Sequence record: ON529851.1
Direction: 5' to 3' (one strand)
Length of the DNA: 64,000 nt
Part shown: one piece after another, positions 33,547-42,222 of the stretch
How positions within the stretch are numbered: position 1 is the first letter of the stretch
Layout of the letters: each line of letters opens with the position of its first letter
Position numbers and translations under genes: made by a program
Notes under the pieces: generated by a model
Seen by the model: only the letters and a program-made list of their open reading frames with translations
The model's database searches: none
What the model was told of the DNA's origin: nothing

Positions 33547-36500
33547 ATGGCTCCTGTCCGCACGAAGCGCATCGCGCTCGTCTCTACGCGCATCCCCAAC
33601 TACCCGCACCGCAAGAAGGACGGCGGCGGCTCTGGCGGCGGAATGTCCGGCCCCCAGGTCCATGACGTCGTCTTCGACGGCCCCGCCTCCATTACCGAGG
33701 GCGCCGCGCCCGGCACCGTGGTTGTCGGCGTGTCCACCCTGCCGCCGGAAGCGGAACTGACCCTGGTCAATGACGCCGGCGGGCGCTTCGCCCTCGACGG
33801 GAACGTCCTGGTCGCCGGCGCGACCCCGACCGACTATGAGGCCGCCACCCAGCACACCGTCGTCGTGCGCGGGACCCTGGGCGCCAGCACCCTCGACAAG
33901 CCGCTCGTCGTCTCGGTGGTCAATCTCGTGGAACTGATCGACTTCGATCTGACCGGCCTGACGGTGCGCGAAGACGCCGCCCAGGGCGTGGTCGTCGGCG
34001 CCCTGTCCTCGAACCCGACCGGCGCGGCCTTCACCCTGACCGGCGACGCCGGCGGACGCTTCGCCCTGTCGGGCGCGAATATCGTGCGTGGCGCGACGGC
34101 GCTCGATTATGAAGCCGCCACCAGCCACGACATCACCGTCAGCGCCGCCCTGGGCGGTGAGATCATCAACAAGACCTACACCATCCAGGTCACCGACGTC
34201 GACGAACTGACCAGCTTCACCCTGTCGGCCAGCACCATTGCGGAAAACTCGCCGGCCGGCACCGCTGTGGGCACGCTGTCGTCGGTTCCCGCCGGGGCCT
34301 CTTTCACCCTGGTGAACACTGCCGGAAACCGCTTCGCGCTGACGGGCGGGACCCAGATTGTCGCGGGCGCGGTCGCCACGGACTACGAGGCCGCCACCAG
34401 CCACCAGGTCACGGTCCGCGCGACCCGCCTGGGCGAAACGATCGAGCAGAACTTCACGATCACCGTCTCCAACGTCAATGAACTGACCAACATCACCCTG
34501 AGCGGGACGACGGTCGTGGAGAACACGGGGCCTGGCGTCACCGTCGGAACCCTGGCCTCGGTCCCCGCCGGCGCGTCTTTCGCGCTGACGAACACCGCCG
34601 GCAACCGCTTCGCCGTCTCGGGCGCCAACCTGGTGACGGGTGCGGTGAGCACCAACTACGAAGCCGCGACCAGCCATAGCGTGACGGTCGAGGCGACGCG
34701 CGGCGCCGACGTCATCACCCGCACCTTCACCATCGACGTGACGGACGTCGTCGAGCCGCTGTCCATCGACCTCGCGCCCGCAGCCATCGCTGAGAACTCG
34801 CCCCAGGGCGCCCTGGTCGGCACGCTGACGTCCGAGCCCGCCGGCGCGACCTACACGCTGACGGACTCGGCGGCCAATCGCTTCGCCCTGTCGGGCGACA
34901 CCATCGTCGTCGGGACGGTCCTGACGGACTTCGAGACGGCCGCGAGCCACGCGATCACGGTGGACGCGGAACTGGGCGGCGTGGAGACGTCGCGCACTTT
35001 CACCATCACCGTGACCGATGTCGCCGAACTCACCAACATCGCCCTGTCCAACAGCACCGTGGCGGAAAACATCGCCAGCGGCGCCGTCGTGGGCGCCCTG
35101 ACCTCGACGCCGGGCGGCGCGACCTGGACTCTCGTGGACGGCGCCGGCGGCCGCTTCTCCATCACCGGCAACAACGTCGTGCGCGGCGCGACCGCGCTGG
35201 ACTATGAGGCGGCGACCTCGCACGCCATCACCGTACGCGGCACGCGCGGCGGGGAGACGCTGGAGAAGACCTTCACCATCACGGTCACCAATGTCGTCGA
35301 AATCAGCGACATCACGCTGTCGGCGAACTCGACCCCGGAAAACTCCGTCGCCCCCGCCGTGGTGGGCGCGCTGTCGTCGACGCCGGCGGGCGCCAGCTTC
35401 GTGATGACGAACAACGCCGCCAACCGCTTCGCCCTGTCGGGGAACAACGTCGTGCGCGGCGCCACGGCGCTCGATTACGAGAACGCCACCTCGCACGACA
35501 TCACCATCCGGGGGACCCGCCAAGGCGAGACCTTCGACAAGACGTTCACCATCAACGTCACCAACGTCAACGAGATCACCGACATCAGCCTGTCAGCGAA
35601 CACCATCTCGGAAGCGGCCCCCGCCAACACTGTCGTGGGCGCCCTGTCTTCGACGCCGCCTGGCGCGTCCTTCTCCCTGACGGACACCGCCGGCAACCGC
35701 TTCGCGCTTTCGGGCGGCAACATCGTGCGCGGCGCGACGGCGCTCGATTACGAGGCCGCCGCCAGCCACCAGGTGACGGTCCAGGCCTCGCTCGGCGCGG
35801 ACACCTTCTCGCAGAATTTCACCATCAACGTCACCGACGTCGCCGAGATCACCGCCGTCAACCTGTCAGCGACCTCGCTGGCGGAGAACTCGGCGGCGGG
35901 CACCGTCGTGGGCGCCCTGTCCTCGACCCCGACCGGAGCGACCTTCACGATGACCGGCAACGCCGGCAACCGCTTCGCCCTGTCCGGAAACAACGTCGTC
36001 GCCGGTGCGGTCGCCACCGACTATGAGACCGCCACCAGCCACCAAATCACGATCCGAGGCGCGCGGGGCGGGGAGACCCTGGATCAGACCTTCACGATCA
36101 ACATCACTGACGTGGCGGAACTGACCGGGTTCAGTCTCAACCCGTCGACGATCGCCGAAGCCCATACGACCCCGATCACGACGACCGTCGGCACGCTGAC
36201 GTCCACGCCGCCGGGCGCGACCTACACGACCCCGGCGGAGATCGGGGCCTACTCGGTCGTGGGGTCGTCGTTGAACCGGTCGGGCGATTACAACACCTTC
36301 CCGTCCATCCCCGATTTCCCGCCCTATGTGGGCGGGAAGGCGCCCCTGGCGATCACGGCGAAACTCGGCGGCGTGACCCTGACCCAGGACGTCCTGCTGA
36401 CGATCACGCCGCACCCGAACCACACGCTGACGTTGACCCCGGCCTCCCAAGATGTGGTCGGCGGTACGTCGGCGTCGGTGACGATGAACGCCAACAACGG

Positions 36501-36690
36501 GCCGTGGTCCGTGCAGTGGTATCCCTGGGGCGCGCCGCCGTTCACGGTTGACTCGCCGAATGCGCAGACGACGACGATCAGCCTGAATGCGGGGGCCACC
36601 GGCACCCACACGGGCTATCTGATCTGCGGGATGACGAATGGATCAAACCAGTTCGGCTTCGGGTGGGTCAAGGTCACGCTGACCCGCTAA
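33547..36690 (+). CDS. cadherin-like repeat protein (9 full repeats of about 91 aa plus 1 degenerate)
   Basis: Repeat consensus ..ENS..G.VVG.LSS.P.GA.F.L...AG.RFALSG..V.GA...DYEAATSH.ITV......K.FTI.VTDV.E; short basic N-terminus and Gly linker. Confidence 0.85.
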   Translation: MAPVRTKRIALVSTRIPNYPHRKKDGGGSGGGMSGPQVHDVVFDGPASITEGAAPGTVVVGVSTLPPEAELTLVNDAGGRFALDGNVLVAGATPTDYEAATQHTVVVRGTLGASTLDKPLVVSVVNLVELIDFDLTGLTVREDAAQGVVVGALSSNPTGAAFTLTGDAGGRFALSGANIVRGATALDYEAATSHDITVSAALGGEIINKTYTIQVTDVDELTSFTLSASTIAENSPAGTAVGTLSSVPAGASFTLVNTAGNRFALTGGTQIVAGAVATDYEAATSHQVTVRATRLGETIEQNFTITVSNVNELTNITLSGTTVVENTGPGVTVGTLASVPAGASFALTNTAGNRFAVSGANLVTGAVSTNYEAATSHSVTVEATRGADVITRTFTIDVTDVVEPLSIDLAPAAIAENSPQGALVGTLTSEPAGATYTLTDSAANRFALSGDTIVVGTVLTDFETAASHAITVDAELGGVETSRTFTITVTDVAELTNIALSNSTVAENIASGAVVGALTSTPGGATWTLVDGAGGRFSITGNNVVRGATALDYEAATSHAITVRGTRGGETLEKTFTITVTNVVEISDITLSANSTPENSVAPAVVGALSSTPAGASFVMTNNAANRFALSGNNVVRGATALDYENATSHDITIRGTRQGETFDKTFTINVTNVNEITDISLSANTISEAAPANTVVGALSSTPPGASFSLTDTAGNRFALSGGNIVRGATALDYEAAASHQVTVQASLGADTFSQNFTINVTDVAEITAVNLSATSLAENSAAGTVVGALSSTPTGATFTMTGNAGNRFALSGNNVVAGAVATDYETATSHQITIRGARGGETLDQTFTINITDVAELTGFSLNPSTIAEAHTTPITTTVGTLTSTPPGATYTTPAEIGAYSVVGSSLNRSGDYNTFPSIPDFPPYVGGKAPLAITAKLGGVTLTQDVLLTITPHPNHTLTLTPASQDVVGGTSASVTMNANNGPWSVQWYPWGAPPFTVDSPNAQTTTISLNAGATGTHTGYLICGMTNGSNQFGFGWVKVTLTR

Positions 36691-36695
36691 ACCTG

Positions 36696-36724
36696 AAAGG
36701 CCCGGAGCGATCCGGGCCTTTTTT
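36696..36724. terminator. bidirectional intrinsic terminator
   Basis: AAAGGCCCGGA-GCGA-TCCGGGCCTTTTTT between convergent genes. Confidence 0.85.
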
Positions 36725-36925
36725 CTATCCGGCGTCGAACTCGGCCGCCTCGATCTTGTCGCGGATCGGGCGGATGGTCGGGGCGTGTTGCTTATACCAG
36801 GCGTCGATTTCGGCCTGGGTCAGAAGGTCGCCGTCGGTCACGGCCAGCCGGCGGCGCTTGTCCATGGCGTCGATCATCAGCGCCAGCTTACGCTCTTCGA
36901 ACGTGAAGTCCGGCGGGATGATCAT
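36725..36925 (-). CDS. hypothetical protein
   Basis: 66 aa; coupled. Confidence 0.55.
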   Translation of the reverse strand: MIIPPDFTFEERKLALMIDAMDKRRRLAVTDGDLLTQAEIDAWYKQHAPTIRPIRDKIEAAEFDAG

Positions 36926-37215
36926 CCGAAATGATGGGCGGGCATGGGCGGGGCTTCGCGTCCCTCAGGATAGCGCTCGTAAAAGACCTCTTCGGTCTTG
37001 ACGCCCGTCGAGCGATCATAGGCGTAGACGCGATTGACCAGGACGCGGTCCGAGGCGTCCAGGCCGTATTTCTTGCGCACGAAATCCGACGCTTCCAGCC
37101 AGTTGCGGGCGAAGGTCGCGGTGTGGCGCGGGCCGACCGGATGGTGATCCACCGGCTCCAGGACCTGATAGTCCACCTGGAACAGGGTGTCGTCGTCGTG
37201 GGGATGGGTGCGCAT
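36922..37215 (-). CDS. hypothetical protein
   Basis: 97 aa; GGAGG RBS; own promoter. Confidence 0.65.
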   Translation of the reverse strand: MRTHPHDDDTLFQVDYQVLEPVDHHPVGPRHTATFARNWLEASDFVRKKYGLDASDRVLVNRVYAYDRSTGVKTEEVFYERYPEGREAPPMPAHHFG

Positions 37216-37246
37216 GCGTCCTCCAGGCGATGGTCGTCAGCGTTCC

Positions 37247-37329
37247 CCTCTAGGCGGGTCCATGCTGTCTGTCAACGCTCGCGTGATTCTCTTTTGCCGC
37301 TTGCAACAGCACTCCCCTCCCTTTAGTGT
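37247..37329. promoter_or_regulatory. divergent promoter pair at the strand switch
   Basis: Minus: GAGCG TTGACA-17-TAGAGG (37247-37280); plus: TTGCAA-17-TAGTGT (37301-37329). Confidence 0.6.
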
Positions 37330-37357
37330 CAGTATCTCTGACACGCGGAGTAAATGA

Positions 37358-37540
37358 GTGAGTGAGAAGTCGAGGCTGACCGTGAGCGGCCGCTGGGCGC
37401 GACCCGAGCCCGTCATCCAGAATCTGCCCGGCTCGTTCGCCGACGCCTTGAGTTGGGCCTTCGAGCGCAACGACTTCTCCGAAGTCGGGCGCCGCTTGGC
37501 GACGGGCGACCTTGAGCCCCGGACTCCGCCCCATGACTGA
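37358..37540 (+). CDS. hypothetical protein
   Basis: 60 aa; GGAG RBS, downstream of promoter. Confidence 0.5.
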   Translation: MSEKSRLTVSGRWARPEPVIQNLPGSFADALSWAFERNDFSEVGRRLATGDLEPRTPPHD

Positions 37541-38030
37541 CGGAGAAACGCCACTGCAACACCGTCAACCGCGTCGCGGCGACAAGGTGGTGCCGGCCGC
37601 CCACGGCGGGGTCACTGTCGAAGGCGTCGTCGTCTCCTATACGAGCGGTCGCCTGACCTTGCAAAGCCCAAGGGATGGTCGACTGACCCTGCCCATGCTG
37701 CGCTTCACCTGGAAGCCCAAGGCGCGACACTGGGTCTGCTGGCCCTCCGACCTCTCGCGCCACATGCGCGCGGTGGTTCAGGCCGAAGACGCCCATGCGA
37801 GAGCGCGCTACGGCCTGGAGCCGCGCGTCGGCGACTTCTGCTTGATCTCGGGCCGCACCGGATGGATCAGCCGCTGCTACGCCAAGCCGGTCCAGGCCGA
37901 CGCGGGGGTCGGGGCCATCTTCCACACCCTCGCGGGCTACGAGGTCACGACCGCCGCTGGACCGGTGCGCATCGAGTGCGGACAGATCGCCTTCGACGCT
38001 GAAAAACGGCTCTGGATCGCCGACGCCTGA
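37533..38030 (+). CDS. hypothetical protein
   Basis: ATG 37533 overlapping the upstream gene end. Confidence 0.55.
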   Translation: MTDGETPLQHRQPRRGDKVVPAAHGGVTVEGVVVSYTSGRLTLQSPRDGRLTLPMLRFTWKPKARHWVCWPSDLSRHMRAVVQAEDAHARARYGLEPRVGDFCLISGRTGWISRCYAKPVQADAGVGAIFHTLAGYEVTTAAGPVRIECGQIAFDAEKRLWIADA

Positions 38031-38054
38031 AAAAACCACAGTCGCCTGGCTTTC

Positions 38055-38088
38055 GAGTGTTGACAGACAGCAAACACCCCTGCTACCA
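38055..38088 (+). promoter_or_regulatory. promoter of the ter-like operon
   Basis: GAGTG TTGACA-17 nt-CTACCA, then GACGAC leader and GGAGG. Confidence 0.6.
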
Positions 38089-38127
38089 CCGCCATCGACG
38101 ACACAGACCCCTACGGAGGACCCCTGA

Positions 38128-38406
38128 ATGACCAAGACCGCCGCCACCGTTACGCCGCTCGCCCTCGTGCCGACTGAGACCCCCGCCACGCTGACCCCCG
38201 CCGAACGCGCCCGCGCTTCCGCCGCTGTCGCCAAGGCTGACGCGCTCGCCGCGCTGGAAAGCCTCCAGACCAAGATCGAGGCCTGCATCAACGAGGCCCG
38301 CGACCTGTCCACGGTGGATACGATCTCGGAGGCCATGCGCACCGAGATCAACAAGTTCGCCGGCAACAGCGCCGGGTCGCTCGACGCCATTTCGCGCGCC
38401 CGCTGA
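38128..38406 (+). CDS. small helical hypothetical protein (first gene of the operon)
   Basis: 92 aa; GGAGG RBS. Confidence 0.65.
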   Translation: MTKTAATVTPLALVPTETPATLTPAERARASAAVAKADALAALESLQTKIEACINEARDLSTVDTISEAMRTEINKFAGNSAGSLDAISRAR

Positions 38407-38443
38407 TCCTCTTACACGTCCAGGCTTGAAGGAGCCCCTCTCG

Positions 38444-39571
38444 ATGACTGCATCCAAAGGCTTCGACAAGCCTGTCGCCCAACCTGTGCCCCAGGCCGTC
38501 AGAGACGCCGCCGCTGCGTCGGGCTGGCAAACCGCCGACGCCGCTGCGCCTCGCGCCATGGGCCTCCATGTGGCGCAGGGCCAACCCCCCGCGACGCGTC
38601 CCGCCGGCGTCCCCTCGGGCCGCGCCCTGACCCCGTTCACCCTGCAAGAGGTGGTGGACTACGGCAAGCCTCAGGCGACCGGCGCCGCCACGGTGGCGTC
38701 GAAGATCACCGGCTCGGCGCGGGCCGGCGACATCGACGAGGTCGGCAAGGCCCTGACGGCGCTGCTGACCGGCGCCCAGCAGTATGACCCGTCCAAGCTG
38801 GGCAAGGGCGGCTTCATGGGCTTCTTCAAGCGCAAGAAGCGCGAACTGGAATCCCACTACAAGTCGGTCGACGCCCAGGTGAACACCCTGGCGGCCGACG
38901 TCCAGAAACATATCGGGCATTTCCAGGGCCGAATTGGCGATCTGGAAGCCCTGAAGAAAGAGAACGCCACGCGCCACGCCGAACTCGGCGCGGCGATGGA
39001 GCGCGCCAACGAGCGTATCGCCTGGATGAAGGCCAATCCGCCCGAGGTCGACGCCTCGGACCCGATGTCGGCGGCCAATCTCCAGACCTGGAACAATGTC
39101 ATCGCCTACGCCGAAAAGCGTGTGGACGACCTGCGCCGCGCCCAAGTCCTCTGCGAGATGCAGGCGCCCCAGATCGACATGATGCAGCAGAACGCCGGTA
39201 TGCTGGTGATGAAGTTCGGCGAGGTCCAGACCACGACCCTGCCGCAACTCCAGATGGGCTTCTCGCTCTACATCGCCAACATGGAGGCCCAGAAGGGCGC
39301 CGAGTTCTCCAAGGCGATCGACAACATGAACAACGACCTGATCACCCGGAACTCGGCCCAGTTGGGCACGACGACGGTGGCGGTGCGCCAGCAGATGGCG
39401 CGCTCGTCGGTCGACCTGACGACCCTTCAGACGGTCAAGGACAATCTGTTCAACACCATGGACGAGTGCAAGCGCATCCAGTCCGAACTCTCCACCCGCC
39501 TGCAAAACGAGCGCCCCGCTCTGGAGCAGGCCAGTCAGGACCTCGCCGCGCGACTCGCGTCCGGCGCCTGA
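38444..39571 (+). CDS. telA: TelA-like toxic anion resistance protein
   Basis: All-helical; GGFMGFF..ESHYKSVD.QV..L, KRVDDL..APQI.MMQQN..L..K..TTTLP pattern; context next to ter genes. Confidence 0.7.
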   Translation: MTASKGFDKPVAQPVPQAVRDAAAASGWQTADAAAPRAMGLHVAQGQPPATRPAGVPSGRALTPFTLQEVVDYGKPQATGAATVASKITGSARAGDIDEVGKALTALLTGAQQYDPSKLGKGGFMGFFKRKKRELESHYKSVDAQVNTLAADVQKHIGHFQGRIGDLEALKKENATRHAELGAAMERANERIAWMKANPPEVDASDPMSAANLQTWNNVIAYAEKRVDDLRRAQVLCEMQAPQIDMMQQNAGMLVMKFGEVQTTTLPQLQMGFSLYIANMEAQKGAEFSKAIDNMNNDLITRNSAQLGTTTVAVRQQMARSSVDLTTLQTVKDNLFNTMDECKRIQSELSTRLQNERPALEQASQDLAARLASGA

Positions 39572-39614
39572 GCCTTCGCCTCCCTTTCCCTCTACAGAAC
39601 AAGGATAATCCCGC

Positions 39615-40379
39615 ATGGCCGTCATCGACCTGGAAAAGAAAGTCGAGAACGTCACGATCTCGCTGGCGAAAGCCGGCATCACCAAGGTGCCGCCGCTGCG
39701 TGTCGCCGCCGTCTATGACGACTCCTATTCGATGAAGCCGCTCTACGCGAACGGCGCCGTCCAGAAGGCCGCAGACCAGGTCCTGGCGGTCGGCATGAAG
39801 TTCGACGACGATGGTCAGGTGGACAGCTTCAAATTCCACAACGAAGCCTATTATGTCGGCACCCAGGACGAAAACCAGTTCGGCACCTTCGTCAAGGAAG
39901 CCATCCTGTCGCGCAACGACCTGTGGGGCGGCACCAGCTACGGCGCTGGTCTGAAGGCCGTCATGGACTTCTTCTTCGGCGCGGGCGTCCGCTCGACCGC
40001 CTTCGTCCCCGGCGCCAAGAAGAAGGGCCTGTTCGGCTTTGGCGGCCAGACCAGGGGCACCTATGAGACCAAGACCTTCAAGAGCGAAGGCACGGACCCG
40101 GTCATGGTCATGTTCTTCACCGACGGCGAACAGACCGACGGCATGGCCGCCGCCCAGATCATCGCAGCGGCCGAGAAGGCCAACCAGCCGATCTACTTCA
40201 ACCTGATCGGCGTGGGCAACGCGACCAACTTCGCCTACCTGAAGAAGCTGGCCGACGACTACGACAACTGCGGGTTTGTCCACCTGAAGGGCTTCGACCT
40301 GACCGACAGCCAAATCTACGACGCCCTGCTGGGCACCGAAGAGGTCGTCGCCTTCCTGCGCAAGCACGGCGCCTCCTAA
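39615..40379 (+). CDS. vWA-domain protein (TerF-associated vWA type)
   Basis: MIDAS-like DDSYSM, KFDDDG, GGTSYG, MFFTDG, FNLIGVG..F.YLKKL.D..DNCGF. Confidence 0.8.
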   Translation: MAVIDLEKKVENVTISLAKAGITKVPPLRVAAVYDDSYSMKPLYANGAVQKAADQVLAVGMKFDDDGQVDSFKFHNEAYYVGTQDENQFGTFVKEAILSRNDLWGGTSYGAGLKAVMDFFFGAGVRSTAFVPGAKKKGLFGFGGQTRGTYETKTFKSEGTDPVMVMFFTDGEQTDGMAAAQIIAAAEKANQPIYFNLIGVGNATNFAYLKKLADDYDNCGFVHLKGFDLTDSQIYDALLGTEEVVAFLRKHGAS

Positions 40380-40395
40380 CCGCTCTCGATTTCCT

Positions 40396-40421
40396 GGCCC
40401 GGCGGCGGAGATCGCCGGGCC
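40396..40421 (+). other. intercistronic stem-loop
   Basis: GGCCCGGCG / CGCCGGGCC, no U tract. Confidence 0.45.
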
Positions 40422-40451
40422 GCATCATCCACGACACAAGGACCACATCAT

Positions 40452-41447
40452 ATGGACATCGGGCTCGGCTACGTAGCCTTGGCGGTCATCGCCCTGGGGC
40501 TGCTCGCCTTTGATCTTTACAACCACCGCAAGCCCGAAGAGGTGTCGATCAAGAGCGCTGCTCTCTGGTCGGGCTTCTACGTCCTGGCGGCCCTGGGCTT
40601 CGCCCTCTACATCAACTTCCAGTATTCGACCGAGTGGGCGCAACTGTTCCTGACCGGCTACGCGCTGGAGAAGGTCCTGGCGGTGGACAACCTGTTCGCC
40701 TTCATGATCATCTTCTCCTACTTCGGCATCGCGTCGAAGTTCCAGCACAACATCCTCTACTGGGGCATCCTGGGCGCCATCATCTTCCGGGGCGTGTTCG
40801 TGGTGCTGGGTACGTCCTTCACGGCCCTGTTCGGCCCCTGGGCGCTGCTGATCTTCGCAGCCATCATCGGCTACACCGCCATCAAGATGCTTCAGGGCGG
40901 CGGCGAGGACGGCGACGAGGCGGTCGACTACGCCGACAAGTGGTATATCAAGGGCGTCAAGCGCTTCCTGCCGGTCACCGAGAAGACCGACGGCGGCAAG
41001 TTCTTCCTGAAGCTGCCGACCAACGCCGGCAAGACGGCCCTGTTCGCCACCCCGATGTTCCTCTGCCTGATCGCCATCGAAGTCACCGACGTCGTCTTCG
41101 CCTTCGACAGCGTCCCGGCCGTGATCGCGGTCACCAAGGAGCCGTTCCTGGTCTATTCGGCCATGATCTTCGCCATCCTCGGCCTGCGTTCGCTCTACTT
41201 CGTGCTGGAAGCGCTGCGTCGCGTCCTGTCGCGTCTGGAGACGGCGGTCATCTTCATCCTGCTCTTCATCGCCGGCAAGCTGACGGTGCAGGCGGGCTCC
41301 ACCTTGGTGCATGACTTCACAGGCGCCATGCAGCCGATCCACATCGATCCGCTGCTCAGCCTCGCCATCGTCATGACCCTGCTGGTCGGCGGCGTGATCT
41401 GGTCGCTGGTCAGCCCCGTCAAGGAAGACGAAGCCGAAGCGGCCTAA
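40452..41447 (+). CDS. terC: TerC/Alx-family membrane protein
   Basis: GYALEKVLAVDNLFAF..F.YF..Q..L..GILGAIIFR, IEVTDVVFAFDSVPAVIAVT..YSAMIFAILGLRSLYF. Confidence 0.92.
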   Translation: MDIGLGYVALAVIALGLLAFDLYNHRKPEEVSIKSAALWSGFYVLAALGFALYINFQYSTEWAQLFLTGYALEKVLAVDNLFAFMIIFSYFGIASKFQHNILYWGILGAIIFRGVFVVLGTSFTALFGPWALLIFAAIIGYTAIKMLQGGGEDGDEAVDYADKWYIKGVKRFLPVTEKTDGGKFFLKLPTNAGKTALFATPMFLCLIAIEVTDVVFAFDSVPAVIAVTKEPFLVYSAMIFAILGLRSLYFVLEALRRVLSRLETAVIFILLFIAGKLTVQAGSTLVHDFTGAMQPIHIDPLLSLAIVMTLLVGGVIWSLVSPVKEDEAEAA

Positions 41448-41462
41448 GTCGACCTCCCCTAT

Positions 41463-41494
41463 AGGGTCGGCGGCGCGGGCGAACCGCCGACCCT
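41463..41494 (+). other. intercistronic stem-loop
   Basis: AGGGTCGGCGG / CCGCCGACCCT. Confidence 0.45.
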
Positions 41495-41522
41495 TATCCT
41501 CGCCCACCATAAAGGAAATCTC

Positions 41523-42170
41523 ATGAGCGTTATCGACCTCTCCAAAGGCGGCAACATCAACCTGGCGAAAGACGCCCCCGGCGTCACCCGCTTCGTCATT
41601 GGCCTGGGCTGGAACGCCAACCCGCAGAGCCCGCCGGACCTGGACGCCTCGGTCCTGCCCTGCACCAAGGTCGGCGGCAACCCGGTCCTGCCGGACGACA
41701 AGTCGTTCGTCTTCTACGGCAACCTGAAATCCTCGGACGGGGCCATCATCCACTCGGGTGACAACCTGACCGGCGACGGCGACGGCGACGATGAGCGCAT
41801 CGCCATCGATACCGCCAAGCTGAACCCGGCGATCGACGACATCCTGATCGTGGTGACGATCCACCAGGGCAAGGAACGCGGCCAGAACTTCGGCTTGGTC
41901 CGCAACGCCTACGCCCGCATCTACGACGCCGACAAGCTGGCGGCGGCCGAAGCGGCCAATCCGAACCTGTCGGACAAGGAACTGCACGACCTCGCCCTGG
42001 CGCAGTACGACCTTGAAGAAGACGCCGGCGGCTACACCGCCCTGGTCTTCGGCGAACTCTACTCGAAGGACGGCGACTGGCGCTTCAAGGCGCGCGGCGA
42101 AGGTCGTAACGAATCGCTGGGCGAACTGATCAGCAGCTACCTGCCGGCCGGCGTGTCGGTCTCGGGCTAA
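41523..42170 (+). CDS. terD: TerD-family protein
   Basis: LSKGGNINL..GLGW..DLDAS..FVFYGNLKS.DG.I.HSGDNLTGDGDGDDE..NFG.V.NAY..GELY..G.WRFKA.GEG. Confidence 0.93.
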   Translation: MSVIDLSKGGNINLAKDAPGVTRFVIGLGWNANPQSPPDLDASVLPCTKVGGNPVLPDDKSFVFYGNLKSSDGAIIHSGDNLTGDGDGDDERIAIDTAKLNPAIDDILIVVTIHQGKERGQNFGLVRNAYARIYDADKLAAAEAANPNLSDKELHDLALAQYDLEEDAGGYTALVFGELYSKDGDWRFKARGEGRNESLGELISSYLPAGVSVSG

Positions 42171-42184
42171 GCCTGACGACGAGG

Positions 42185-42211
42185 CCGGGGGACGTTCGCG
42201 TCCCCCGGTTT
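42185..42211 (+). terminator. stem-loop with UUCG loop, possible weak terminator
   Basis: CCGGGGGACG-TTCG-CGTCCCCCGG-TTT. Confidence 0.5.
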
Positions 42212-42222
42212 CGACTACCCTT

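Noticed and set aside
33547-36690. Repeated DNA segments (for example aaccgcttcgccctgtcg, gactatgaggccgccacc) resembling an array
   Set aside because: They are the coding repeats of the cadherin protein, in frame and degenerate at third positions. There is no repeat-spacer structure, so not CRISPR.
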